From the human T2T-CHM13v2.0 reference genome, Homo sapiens, in NCBI RefSeq assembly GCF_009914755.1, contig NC_060928.1: a DNA stretch of 64,000 bases; one strand, written 5' to 3'. Position numbers and translations under genes: made by a program. Shown piece by piece: positions 17,990 to 31,899 of this stretch. Under the pieces are notes generated by a model that worked only from the letters and a program-made list of their open reading frames with translations, made no database searches and was not told the DNA's origin. The stretch's first letter is position 1. Every line of letters starts with the position of its first letter.

Positions 17990-19750
17990 CATTGGATGCA
18001 AAGTTAGCAACAGTCAATTTTGCAGTGGAGATCAAGTGCTGCACTTCCCAAAATACATGTCTCTTTCTTCCAGCGACAGCAGATCTTCACATTTCTCTCT
18101 ACTCAGTTTGTATTCCATTGGCCACTATTATAACTATTCATTTGCATGCACCTACCTGCCACCACTAAACTCTCAAGTCTTCATACCTAGGAAAACTTGC
18201 TGTTGGATAAATCTAACATTTTACCCGCTGTACACCTGCATTCTCCTGGCTGAAAGTGCCTGAAAGGAAACAACCAACAGTGCTCTTTCATGTATTTCTG
18301 ATTGTGAACCCAAGAGGGCTTTTAATGGATTCCCAACAATACTGATCTATTTGCTGAAATCATTCATTCTCCCACTTTCTCATTAACAATTTCATACTGT
18401 TTTCTCTCTCCTACAACTCACCAGTTTATATTGCCCCTTCCTCATTATCGCTTAATGACTGTTTCCTATGACAATGTCAGAAGAGACACCACAAAAAACC
18501 ACCAGGCTCCCAACCACACATGCACCTATTTATCTAAGCCTGAGCCTATATATTCTTCTTTGTCCTTCTTGCATATTAACCAAGACCAACTCCTTGGTGG
18601 TATCTCATTGCCTGTTAATTATTCCCCTCTCTGCAGAATCATCAAATTTTCTCTCTATTGGATTTTTATAAGCAGAAGACTTATCATTTTGGCCATCTTA
18701 TTTAAAAAACCTTCTCATGATACCCCTTTTCTCTTTGACAATTTCCTGCTCCTCTTTATGAAAATCTTCTTAAAACTGTGGTTTATGTGCATGATTAGAA
18801 TTCCTCTCTCCCATTGCTCCTTGAAATCCCTGCAAATGCAATTTTACTCCCACATTTCTACTATAATTGCTTATTCATCATTACCAATGACCTACACTTT
18901 GCTAAATCCAATGGTCAATCTTACTGAACCTATCAGAAGTATTCAGCTGAGGTGGTTATTCCCACTTTCTGAATCACCTTCTTCATTTAGAATCTGAGAC
19001 ATCATGCTTTCTTGTTTCTCCTTCCACATCACAAGCCACTTCACAATCTGCTTTGTCTGTTCCTTCTCATGAACCCAATTTCTCACTGTTAGGATTTCTA
19101 GGCCTCAGTTCTCATTCTCCCCCTTTTCTAACTATATCCACTGTCTACAGGATCTTATCCTGTCTCCTGGCTTAATTAGCACATATCTGCCAGCAACTCA
19201 CAAGTGCTTAACTCCACCAAGTCCTCTGCCATGTAGTCCAGACTAATATATTCAACAATCTCACTTGACCTCTCCACTTGAATTGTTAATACCATTTCAG
19301 AAGTATCATGTTTAAAATTAGGATCCAGCTCTTCTCTCCAAAGCCTGCCTTTTCTACAATATTCTCCATCTCAGTAAATAGCAAACCTATTTTTTCAAGT
19401 TGGTTATGGAAAAAAACCTTGGAATCATCCTTTACCCTTCTTTTGACACACACGTCTTGTATCTGTCAGCAAGTCCTGTGAGCTCTGCTTTCAAAATATA
19501 TCCCGTATCACATTACTTTTCCACACCTCTACCAATAACACTCCAGGCAAAGGTGTTATTTGTCAAAATGATCTCTTGCCTGGATTATGTGAGTAGTCTC
19601 TAAATTGATCCATCTATTCCCTTATCCGTCTACACTCAATGATTTGCACAATTGCAACAATAATTATTTTAAAAGATAAGTCAAAACATGCCATCCCTTG
19701 TCCCAAAACATTCCTCTGTCTCCTATTTCACTCATAGTAAAAGCTCAGAG
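17990..19750 (+). mobile_element. L2 LINE, long degenerate fragment
   Basis: CT-rich L2 motifs: caatgacctacactttgctaaatccaatggtcaat, acttgacctctccacttg, aaccttggaatcatccttt, atctcttgcctggattat. Confidence 0.8.
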
Positions 19751-19879
19751 TAAAGTACTTGTCTCTTCTCTACCACTCAAAGAGGGATGAGCACATACCA
19801 GGCTGAATTCAAAGTTGAGCTATCAGCATACTAGTGTGCTTTAAATTATGTTATATAAGAAACAGCTCATCCACGTATT

Positions 19880-21010
<1,131 letters not shown>

Positions 21011-22018
21011 TAGTCTGATAAAGGAATAATGTTCCAGTTCTAGAGGTGAAGCTAGAGGCAGATTTTTTAATCCTTCTAATGAACTTCTATGTATACATGA
21101 CCAATTCACTACAAATGTTGCATTGCTTCAGATACACTTGCATGCAAGTAACAGAAATCCTGAAATTCTGTCATACATAATAGGAAATTCAGAGGTGGAG
21201 TGGGCTGAAAGATGAATTAACTGAGTGATTCAAAATTTTATTAGGAAAAACCCCTCACTTTATCATTCTGCTCTGCTACCCTCAGTGTTAGCTTAATCAT
21301 GAAGCTGGCAAAAAGATGGCCGCTGGCCTCGCATTCAGTCAAGACCCCATACACTTGTTCTTCTAGCCTTCTCTTGGGAATGATTACATAATTCTCAGAA
21401 GCTTCTTAGCAGACTTCTCCTTATCTACAGAAAGCCACAGTTCAGTCACATGAACATTCCTCACCCAATCGAAAAGAAGTGAAATTATCGTTAACTGGCT
21501 GAGACTAATCAAAGGGTAGAATAGATGCTGGGAGTCTGTCACAATGACCGCTACCTGTAAGCAGAGTACAAGTAAGGCTGAAGACCACCTTCCATCCACA
21601 GAGACACAGTGGAAAGCAAGTGGAGGGACTCAGTAAAGGGATGTATTAAGGGTTGGAGTTTCTCATCATCCCAGGCAACTTTCACATACACCAATAGCAG
21701 AAAGGGATGCGTTGATTCATCCCTACCATCTAGAGATCACAAGATCTGCCTTGCCTCACTTAATTCCATGTGAATTACATGTGAGTGTAATGAGATACCT
21801 TGAGTGCTCATCCTGTTGCTTCAGATTGTTTGCAGAAAAAGCATTCAGACTTTTTCTTTGTGGGATGATACAGAACTGACTAATTTAGGGAGTGGAGCAT
21901 GGCCAAGCCTTTAGGTACTTGGTTGACCAGGCAGGCACAAGTCATGCAAAAGTCCTTTAAAATACACAGATAAAAATAAAATATACATTTACATTTTGAA
22001 CATAATATAAGTGCCAAC

Positions 22019-22396
22019 TGTTATGGACAGAATTGTATCCCCTCAAAATTTATATGTAAAAGTGCCAACCTCCAATGTGACTGTATTTGGAGATAGGGCC
22101 TTTATAGAAGTTATTAAGGTTAAATGAAGTCATACAATGGGACCCTAATTCAATAGGATTAGTGCCCTTATAAGAAGAAGAAAGGCCAGGGCCACCAGAG
22201 CTCTCGCTGCATGAGTACAAAGGAAATGCCATGTGAGGACAAAGTAATAAAGTGAAAATTCACAAGCCAGAAAGTGAGTCTTTACCAGAAATCAAATTTG
22301 TTGGCACCTTGATGGTGGACTTCTAGCTTCTAGAACTGTGTTTAAGCCACGTAATCCATGAAATTGTATTATAGCAGCCCAAAGTTTTCTAATACA
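22019..22396 (+). mobile_element. MLT1B/MLT1A-like MaLR LTR
   Basis: tgttatggacagaattgt...gtgactgtatttggagatagggcc...ctaataca; near-TSD ccaac/tcaac. Confidence 0.85.
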
Positions 22397-22908
22397 TCAA
22401 CTTTCAAACAATTGAAGCATAAAGTCCACTAGCTAGATTTAAATCTGCTGCCTACAGATCTGAGCTACTTTGGGAGATAAACTAATGACTAAAGAAAATG
22501 TCATTACAAAGAGGCATTTGGTTGAAGAATTCCAGAGAAAGATTGCCTTATGATTCACATATGAAAATAATGCATTTTATTCACAAGGGAAAAAAACTGT
22601 TTTATGCTACTTTTGAAGATGACTTTGATTGTTCTTTTGTAAATGGATTGCTTTGTGGAAGGAAGGGAAGAAAAAAATAAGACAAATTAGATTATTGGGG
22701 AAACACAGGCAATAAGCAATGGTGGAAAGTTTCACTTCTGATTAAGATGTAGTAGAACGTGGAAGACCATAGGACCTGTGTTAACAACAAGGAAAAAAAC
22801 TAACAAAATAGCATACTTTCCTGTAAATCTATTGTAGAGCAGTTGATTCAAAGAATCTGTAATAAGTTAAGGCCAAAAAGAGATGAAACATCTATAGGCA
22901 GACAAAGA

Positions 22909-23175
22909 GGCTAGGCATGGTGGCTCACGTCTATAATCCCAGCACTTTGGGAAGCTGGGGCAGGCAGATCACTTGAGGTCAGGAGTTCGAGACCAGCCTG
23001 GCCAACATGGTGAAACCCCATCTCTAATAAAAATACAAAAAATCTGCTGGATGTAATGGTGGGCACCTGTAATCCCAGCTACTCAGGAGGCCAAGGCAGG
23101 ATAATCACTTGAACCCAGGAGGCTGAGGTTGCAGTGAGCTGTGATGGGCAACAGGGCAAGACTCCATTAAAAAAT
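22909..23175 (+). mobile_element. AluS (Sx/Sz-like) with a right-arm deletion and very short tail
   Basis: ggctaggcatggtggctcac...ggagttcgagaccagcctggccaacatgg; TSD tctatagg(ca/tg)gacaaaga. Confidence 0.95.
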
Positions 23176-25688
23176 TCTCTATAGGTGGACAAAGAAGTGC
23201 AGATCTTCAAGAACTAGGGACAAGTGTCTCTTGTGAGTGTGGCTGTGCCCATGAGAGGCCCACCTTAGACAGGGAGACTTTACAATGACAAAGAAAAAAC
23301 AAATGAGCTTTTCATGTCAGTATGGCTAGAAAGATAGATTAAAAATATGTGAGAGACCCAAATACAAAAGTAAATATTTCATCTTGGCAATTCCTTCAGC
23401 TAGAAATTTTGATGAAGAATACCAGAGAAAGCAGCAGTATTAGCAATGGATATGGGCTGGAAAACAGTGTTTGCATAGTCTCACTCAGTTTGTTCAGATT
23501 CAAGGGCTCTGCTGAAGGAGAATATACAAGTGAGCCAAAAACAACTAAATCTAGAACCCAAACCACTCCTAGCTCAAATCCTGAAAAGATCGAGGGATTA
23601 GACCCTCTGTGGCTACTGCTCTGAAAGCTGAGGGTAGGGCTAAAGGGTAAAGTGCAATCTCCACAATCCCATTGGAAATCAATGGTGAACACAATATAAT
23701 TAAAACTTCAAGCTAGTTCTTGGTAAAATCTAATAGGGCAACTCTTCACCTTAGGTACCTGATGAAAGAAAGGGCTTTCAAACTGTAGGAGATAGAGATG
23801 GAGAGATAAAAATTTAATATCCATTTTTCCTTTAGATATACTGTATGCCATGTGGTCATGTGAAGGGATTATGAAGAAGTAGGAAAATATGGCCTATAAC
23901 TAACAGCAAAATTAATCAATAGAAGCAAAATCGCAGATACTTCAGATCATGTAATTAGTCATCAAAGATTTTAAGAAAACTATTATAGAAATGTTAAATG
24001 TTTACTGTAAGATGGAAAGAATGGCTGCGGATATGAAATATTTAGAAGAGATATCAAATAGATAATAGAAAATCAAATTGATATTTCTAACTGAAAAGAA
24101 CAACATAGGAAACAAAAATGAATTAGTTTGTTTTAGAAACAAATGAACAAGGCAGAAGGAATAATTGGTAAACATAAAAAGAGATTAATAGTAATTATCC
24201 AAATAAAAGTACATGAAGAATATAAGATTGGGGGAAAATGAACAAAGGATAAGATTTATTTTTTAAAAAATATTACATTAGCAAACATACATGTATGTAA
24301 TTTGAGTTCTAGAAAGTGAGAACATAAAGAATGAGCAAGAAAACTATTTGAAGAAATAATGACGAAAAACTTGCAAAATTTGACCCAAAACCTTAACTTA
24401 CAGACCCAAAGCCTAAGGAAACACAAAGGAAAATCAGAACAAAGAAGTTCATACCTAGGTACATCATAGTCAAACTTTGGAAAACAAATATAAAAAGTCT
24501 AAAAGCAGCTACCAGATAAATAAGACACAGTGCATACAGAGCGGGGGGAACCAGACGGCAAGGGAACAACATCTTTTAAAGTGTTGAAAGATCAACTTAG
24601 AATTCCATACCTAGTGAAAATATACTTCAAAATGAGGATGGAAGAAAGAAATATTCAGATAAAAATAAGTAGATATGATTCACTTCCAGTAAACCAACAC
24701 TGCAACAAATGCTAAAGGAAGGCTTTTAGGCTGAAGTAAATTGCAAATGAAAACTAATGTCTAGAATAAGGAAAAACAATAGTGGTTAATATGTGGGAAA
24801 ATATAAATACTTTTTAAAATAAGATTTTAGATAGACTGTTGGCTTTTAAAGTTAAAAAATATATTGTGTAGTTTATAACACAGAGAAGTAAGATACATGA
24901 AAGTAACAAGACGAAGAATGGAGAAATAAATAGAATTATCCTGTCACAAGTTCTCACTTTATTTGTGAATTGCCATTATGTTAACTGACAATAAATAGTG
25001 ATAAGTTAATAATGCACATTATGATTGCTAGAACTAATAAAAGTAAAATAGCTAAATACATAAATTTTATATAAATAAAATATATATATATGAATATATA
25101 CAAATATCATAACTAAAAAGTTAAAAGCCAGAATAAACTGAAAACGAAAAATAATTCAGACAAGGTTGTAATAGTGACACAATGCATTTGTCAAACACAT
25201 AAAACTTTGTAGTACAAAGAGTATATGCAAATTTAGAAAAGTATCATTGAAGAAGCTAGACAGTCCCTGGAAGACTATAGAATGTAATAACAAAAAAAAC
25301 CAAACTATATTACAAATGTATGAAACGATCATACATTGTTACTCAGGTGCTGACCTAAGTAACTTTAGAAATGAATGCAATCTGCATAATAACAATTTTT
25401 ATAACCCATACATAAGCATCATATTCTAGTTGATAAAGTTATCACCCTCTAGGATATAAATAGCAAGATGATAAAATTAAACCTAACTGTGCCAAAATTT
25501 ATCTCTATGGTAAATGGATAAAATACATTCATTAAAAGGCAGAGATAACAATCTTATAAGTTACTATTAAAAAGAATAAAAACAAGCAATTGCATAATGT
25601 CTAAAAAGATGCACTTTACATATGAAGACTTAAACAGTCTAAAAGTAAAAGGATAGAAACAGATATATCATGCACATCCTCATCATAA

Positions 25689-26431
25689 TGAAATGGGAGA
25701 GTTCCCTGCTTCCCCTCTCAGAACATGCGACAGGAGTGTGGCTCACCTGTGTTTGCCCCCACAGCTTAAACCTCTACAGGAAGGGGAGCACACAGACAGG
25801 CATGTGCAGGGACCAGGGTAAGTGCTTTTGGGCTCCAGCCCCACGGCAGTGTATAGAGGTGGGTGTCTGCGACTCCCAAAGCCCAAGTGGGTGTGTGTTA
25901 CAGTGTGCTCCTTTAGCTTTGCTGTCTGCAGATGGCTTGTGTGTTAATCAGCTCAATGTACCTTCTGCCTTATTGCAAGGGAAGGGGTCCAGTGTGACAG
26001 TCCTCTGTATCCCGAGCTCTTGCTAGTGTCCTGAAAGAATCAGGGCTTGAAGGATGAGTGCAAGGTTTTACTGAGTGGCGGAGGTGGCTCTCAGTGAGAT
26101 GGATGGGGAGCGGGAAGTGAGGATGGAGTGGGAAGGTGGTCTTCCCCTGGAGTAGAGCTGCATCATTCCCCTGTAGCTGGTCTGCTGGTCCACCGGTCTG
26201 CTGGTCTGCTTGCCTCTTCCTCTCCTCACTTGTGGGTCTCATCTGGAACTTGGAGTTTGCAGTTTACATTAGGGCAGCATAGGGGGCACGCAGGCCAAAA
26301 GGCAACTTTTTGGTAGCAAAAACAGAAATGCCTGTCCTCATTTAAGGCCGCAGGTCTTCAGGCTTGAGGGTGGAGTCTTTGCTGGGGAACTGCCCTCTTA
26401 TACTCAATATTTCCCTCTCACGTCCATATCA
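25689..26431 (-). mobile_element. ERV1-class solo LTR (LTR1/LTR27/MER52 group) inserted in the L1 endonuclease region
   Basis: TG...CA termini and a 4-bp TSD ATAA on both sides; the reverse strand begins tgatatggac...gggaaatattg...ccaccctcaagcctg; the L1 EN sequence resumes after it. Confidence 0.8.
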
Positions 26432-27439
26432 ATAAGATAGTATATATGGTTATATTAATCTTAGACAAAGTATATTAAATACAAGTAATATTACCAAAGA
26501 TAAAGAAGTATATTTCACAATAATAAAACTATTAATCATCAAAACAATGTAACATTTTTAGTGAATATCCACCTAATTACAGAGCTTCAGAGTACTTGAT
26601 ACAAAAATTGACCATAACTAAACAGAGAAATAGACAAATCCACAACTACTTGTGGATTATAAGTGATTATAATCATTTATGGACTATCTTGACAGTCATT
26701 TCTCAGTAACTGAGGATATAATTAGACAAAAGAAAATCAGTTACAATTCAGAAGATTTTAATTTGATATAAATTATGTTTAAAAAACACTGTACCCAAAT
26801 TTGGGTGACACATTCTTCACAAGTGCGCATGGAACATTCATTAGATTAATTAAATGCTACTTTCATAAAGCAAATCTTATTAGTTTTGAAAACCATATGA
26901 TGATGAGTAGAAAAATGATTTGACAGAACTTAACATCATTACAGATTTAATCTCTCTCAAATAAGACTAGAAGGGAATTTACTTAATCTCATAAAGAGCA
27001 TCTATGAAATGCCTATAGCAATTGTTGTAGTGAATGGAAAAATACTATTTCATTTTAAAGATCAGGAATAGGCAAAATATACATATTCATCCCATGTAGT
27101 TTGCACAGTACTGGAGTCCATGCCTGATGAAATAAAGAAATTAAACAACAAAAAAATGGAAGGTAAGAAGAAAGACTGTTTTAGTTCACATATGATATAA
27201 ACATGTATATAGAAAATGTAATGGATTTTTAAAAATGTATTAGGACATATATAAGAATTCATAATGTTTGCAGTATACAAGGATGATATAAAATTTAATT
27301 GTTTTTACACATCAACAAAGAAATAAAAAATAAAATATAAAATACTGTTTACAATGTCATAAAAACAAAATTGCTATTCCAAAATTTTTTAATCACCTAC
27401 AAAAGCTGATGATTTATATATAACTAGCAGCTACAACTT

Positions 27440-30400
27440 AGTTATAACTAGTAGTATCTAACTATGTAAAATGTGAAAGGACTTCCTTCAGGCTGACACA
27501 GTTTTGATCAGATGGAAATATAGATTTTTACAAAGGACCAGAGAGACCCAGATATAGTGATTATGTGGTTATATTTAAATGAGATTTATTTTAAACACTT
27601 AAAGATGTTTTAAAGTTACATGGCTTTTTAATGTAAAGTGAATATCAATGCATTGTGAGGTTTATATCATATGACGATATAAAATGTGTGGCAAGAGTAG
27701 TGTGAAGACCAGGAGAAAATAAATGGAAGAACACTATTGTAAGATTCTTATACTGTATGTGAAGTGGTATAGTATCACTTGAATGAAAACTCCAAAATAT
27801 AGTTCACGGTTTATAAACTGTAAGCTAAAGGTGTAAGCTATAAACCCTAGAACAAATACTAAAATAAATCAATGAATATTTAAAGCTAATAAAGCACAAA
27901 TAAAATTGAATCATACAAAATAAACTATATAAAATAAGAAAAGAAGCATAACATGCATAACAAAAGAAAACGTATGGAAAATGAGGAATAAGTTTACAAT
28001 CAAATTTAATCATCACATTAAATATAAGGGACTGAACACCCCATTTAAAAGGCAGAGTATTTCAGGTTAAATATAAAAGCAACACTCAATTGTGTATTTT
28101 TTTATTTTTATATAGTATATATTTATCCCCAAGAATCCCATTTTAAATATAAAGATACAAATAGGTAAACAGTAAAGGATGTCTACAAATTAGATAGACA
28201 AAATGGAAAATTCCTAGAAAGACACAAACTAACAAAATTGACTAAGGAAGAAATAAATAATTTGTATAGACTTACAGCAAGCAAATACTTTGAATTATAA
28301 TTTTTAAACCTTCAACAAAGAAAAAAACCTAGACTCAGATGGTTATACTGGGGAATTCTACCCAATATTTAAAGAAGAATTAACATCAATTCATCACAAA
28401 CTCTTTCCAAAAAATAGGAGGAATAATTTTTCAATGTATTATATGAGGCCAGTATTACCCTGGCACCATGACCATCCAATGATATCACAAAAAAATACAA
28501 ACCAATATTATTTATGAATATACACATAGAAAAACTAAATACTAGCAAATCAAGTCTGGCAACATATTAAAAAATATTACGTGCCATGACCAGGTGGGAT
28601 TTATCCCTGGAATGCAAGGTTGCATCAAATAATTTGTATAATATACCTCATTCATAGAATAAAGAATAAAAATTATATAATCATCTCAATAAACACAGAA
28701 AAACGTTGATAATATTTGTCTTTTATGATAAAAATACTCAACAAACCATTAATAGAAGGTACTCCCACACTTACTAAAAAGTTGGTGTACAAAAACTCCG
28801 GAGCTAACAACATAATTAATCAGAAAGAACTTAAAATTTTCACCTTAACATCAGGAATGAGAAAGATATGTCCACCACTCTCAGCACTTCTATTTAACGT
28901 TATACTGATGATTCTATCCAGGACAAATAAGAGGAAAGGCAGAGCTGGAGGGGAGAAGGAAAAGGGAGAGAAATAAAAAGAGAGGAGGAAGAAGAAGAAA
29001 GAAAGGAGAAGAAGAAGAAAGAAGAAGAAGGAGAAGAAGGAGGAAGAAGAAGGAGGAGGAGGAGAGGAAGAAGAAGGAGAAGGAGGAGGAGAAGAAGAAG
29101 GAGAAGAAGGAGGAAGAAGAAGGAGGAGGAAAGGAAGAAGAAGGAGAAGGAGGAGGAGAGGAAGAAGAAGAAGGAGGAGGAGAAGATGAAGGAGAAGGAG
29201 GAGAAGAAGAAGGAAGAAGAAGGAGAAGAAGAAGAAAGAGGAGGAGGAGGAGAAGGAGGAGGAGGAAAAGAAAAGCATCAATATTAGAAAGAAAGGAAGA
29301 AGTATATCTCTCCTTGTAGACGACAATTACTTTTATAGAGAAAATCCTACGGAATCCACAAAGATGTCACTAGAATTAAAAAAAAAATCAGCACATCCAG
29401 TTTGCAGAATACAAGATTACTACACATAACTCAATTGTGTTTTTATACCTTAGTAATGAACAATAAAATTTTTAAAAAAGTTCTATTTGCAATCATGCCA
29501 ATCATAATAAAATACTTAGGAATACATTTAGCAAAATAAGTTCAAGACTTGTACCTTGAGTACTAGAAAACATTAGTGTTAGAAATTAAAGAAGGCCCAA
29601 ATAAATGAAAAGACAGTCCCAGAAGACTATTCTTAAAATGACAATATTCCCAAAATTGATCCAAAGATTCAGTGCAATCCTTATAAAAATTCCTTCTGAT
29701 GTCCTTGCAGAAAATGCAAACAGATTGTAAAATTCATATGGAAATGCAAGGGATTCAGAGTAGCCAACATAATCTTGAAAAAGAAAAACTTGAAGGATGC
29801 GTACTTCTTGAAGGACACATACTTCTTGATGTCAAGGCTCTGGCAATCAAGAAAGTGTAGTGCTGGATAGATATATGAATACATGGAAATGAATTGAAAG
29901 CCCAGAAATAAATTCTTCTATTTATGGACAGTTGATTTTCTACAGAGTTAAAGTTTTATTCAAATATTTTGAATACAATAATTCAATGGGGGAAAGAGCA
30001 GTCTTTTCAACAAATGGTTCAGGAGAAGGCCAGAGAAAAACAAAACCACTGCAAACCCATAGCCAGAAAGGAAAGGAGCCAGAGGAATAAATGATTTAAC
30101 TTTACTCTCCTCCCATCCTCTTATACCACTAGTACCTTGTGATCTTCAACAACCTGCCTGAGTTCGAGGAACACAGTTGATGCATCTCATGAAGAGTTGT
30201 CACCTTTGAACATAGAGTATAAGAAGTCAATACAGGGTAGGGCTAGAGAAACAAATTAAGAAAATTGAGAAATTAAATTAGGTTACATTAGTCCCATTCT
30301 GATAATCCAGGATAATCTTCCCACTTCAAAGTCCATAGCTTTAGTCACATTTGCAAAGTCCCTTTTGCCATGTAAGGTAACATATTAACCTTATATGTTA

Positions 30401-30980
30401 AGGTTAATGTTAAGGTTATATGTTAAGGGCATTTTTGTAGGACCAGCATTTTCTCCACAAAATGATTGCATGTTAAATGATTGGAATGATTGTCTGTTGA
30501 ATTATTCTTTTGATATAATGCAATTTAAATAATAATTGTGCTACACACACACACACACACACAAAAACCTGTACACAAATGTTGATGGCAGCATTATTCA
30601 CAACAAAATCAAAGTGGAAATTACGTAGATATCCATCAACAGTTAAATGAATAAATAAAATGGGGTATGTCTATACAATGTCATATCATTAAGCAATAGG
30701 AAGTAGTGAAGTACTGGAAAAACTTGAATAAACCTTTGAAAGATCATGCTAAGTGAAACAAGCCAATCACAAAAACACATTCTATGTGATTTTTTTTTAT
30801 GAGGTGCCCAGAATGAACAAATGTACAGTGAAAGTAGATTGTTGGTTGCCTATGGCTTAAAGGTGGGGTCTGGGAAAAAATAGGAAGTGACTACAAATGG
30901 ATACAGAGTTTCTTTTGAGGTTAATGAAAATATTCTAAAGTAAATGAATTATATCTCAATAAAGGTGTTATAAAAGAAGT
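27440..30980 (+). mobile_element. Old L1M mosaic (inter-ORF, ORF2 RT, 3' end)
   Basis: catgaccaggtgggatttatccctggaatgcaaggttg (~28590); 3' end aattatatctcaataaa (~30950). Confidence 0.75.
28975..29275. repeat. Polypurine (GAA/GGA)n compound repeat
   Basis: About 300 bp of A/G with a single T at 29187. Confidence 0.98.
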
Positions 30981-31539
30981 TTTCCTGACAAACTTAAACT
31001 ATTGTTTAGTGTTAGTGGTCAGGAGGTCTCCTTTAGGGGAGAAAGAAAAGGGGAATGGTCAAAAGGAGTCCAAGGGAGGCTGTTAGTATATCCACAATGT
31101 TTTATTTTTTTACCAATTGGTCTTACATGATTGTTCACTTTGTTATGGTTTACTGAGCTGTATATTTATGATTTATGTACTTTTCTGTATCTATGTTACA
31201 CTTCAAAATAACATGTATAATTTTTAAAAGTAACAATAAGTGTGTTTTTATCCATGACAAAAATAAATAACTATTGTTTGGAAGTGTTATAATAATGACA
31301 GGGAGAAATAAAAAATTAAGGAAACAAAAATAGGCAGTAAATTGGGAGACCCAAGTCTGAGTGGTATTAAAGGTTACTTTTAGCTTTCTTGCTTTCAGGC
31401 CCACTTTGTTTTTTAACAGCAAGTAGACTGGATTTAGGTTTGTGACATTGGATATACTTTTTAATACATTGAATCTGAGATGTCTTAAAGACCTCCAATC
31501 GACGATGTCAAATAAGACGTAATGTACATGTTGAAACTT

Positions 31540-31899
31540 GCGGAGACATATGGTTTGAACTTTTTGACAACTCTGTATCCTCCTCCCACCCTCTACATGT
31601 CCGAAGAATGCTGCTCTTTATGGGATCCCTACACTGTACCTCTTGACCTCTGGGTGGGGTTGTCCTGGCTGAGTTTGTCCTGTGGGAGGTACCAGAAGAT
31701 GAGAGGTAGAAGGAAAGTAGAGTTCATACTTAGGACTGATAAAAGCTTCCAGCCTTTACTAGCTGCATAGTGCTTTAGCATCTCTTTTAGGTTTCTCTTA
31801 TCCCTACTCACACCTCTATAAATAGTCCTTTATTAAATTCTCCCTAATTGGTCCATTGGAGTGTACCATCTGTTTCCTGTCAGGATCTTAAGTGACTCA
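31540..31899 (+). mobile_element. LTR33-like 5' LTR of an ERVL provirus
   Basis: LTR33-type 3' end: cacacctctataaatagtcctttattaaattctcc...ccatctgtttcctg. Confidence 0.65.

Larger units (their letters stand above)
22730..27400 (+). mobile_element. Old L1M (5'UTR, ORF1, ORF2 with deletions), host to an Alu and an LTR
   Basis: ORF1 motifs (atacctaggtacatcatagtcaaact, ~24455) and EN motifs (tattaatcttagacaaagta, ~26455; gagaaatagacaaatccaca, ~26625). Confidence 0.7.

Noticed and set aside
18431-18997. 188-aa ORF
   Set aside because: It lies in a decayed L2, has a non-ATG start and shows no recognisable domain.
28820-29326. 168-aa Leu/Ser/Phe/Pro-rich ORF
   Set aside because: It is the antisense translation of the GAA/GGA repeat.
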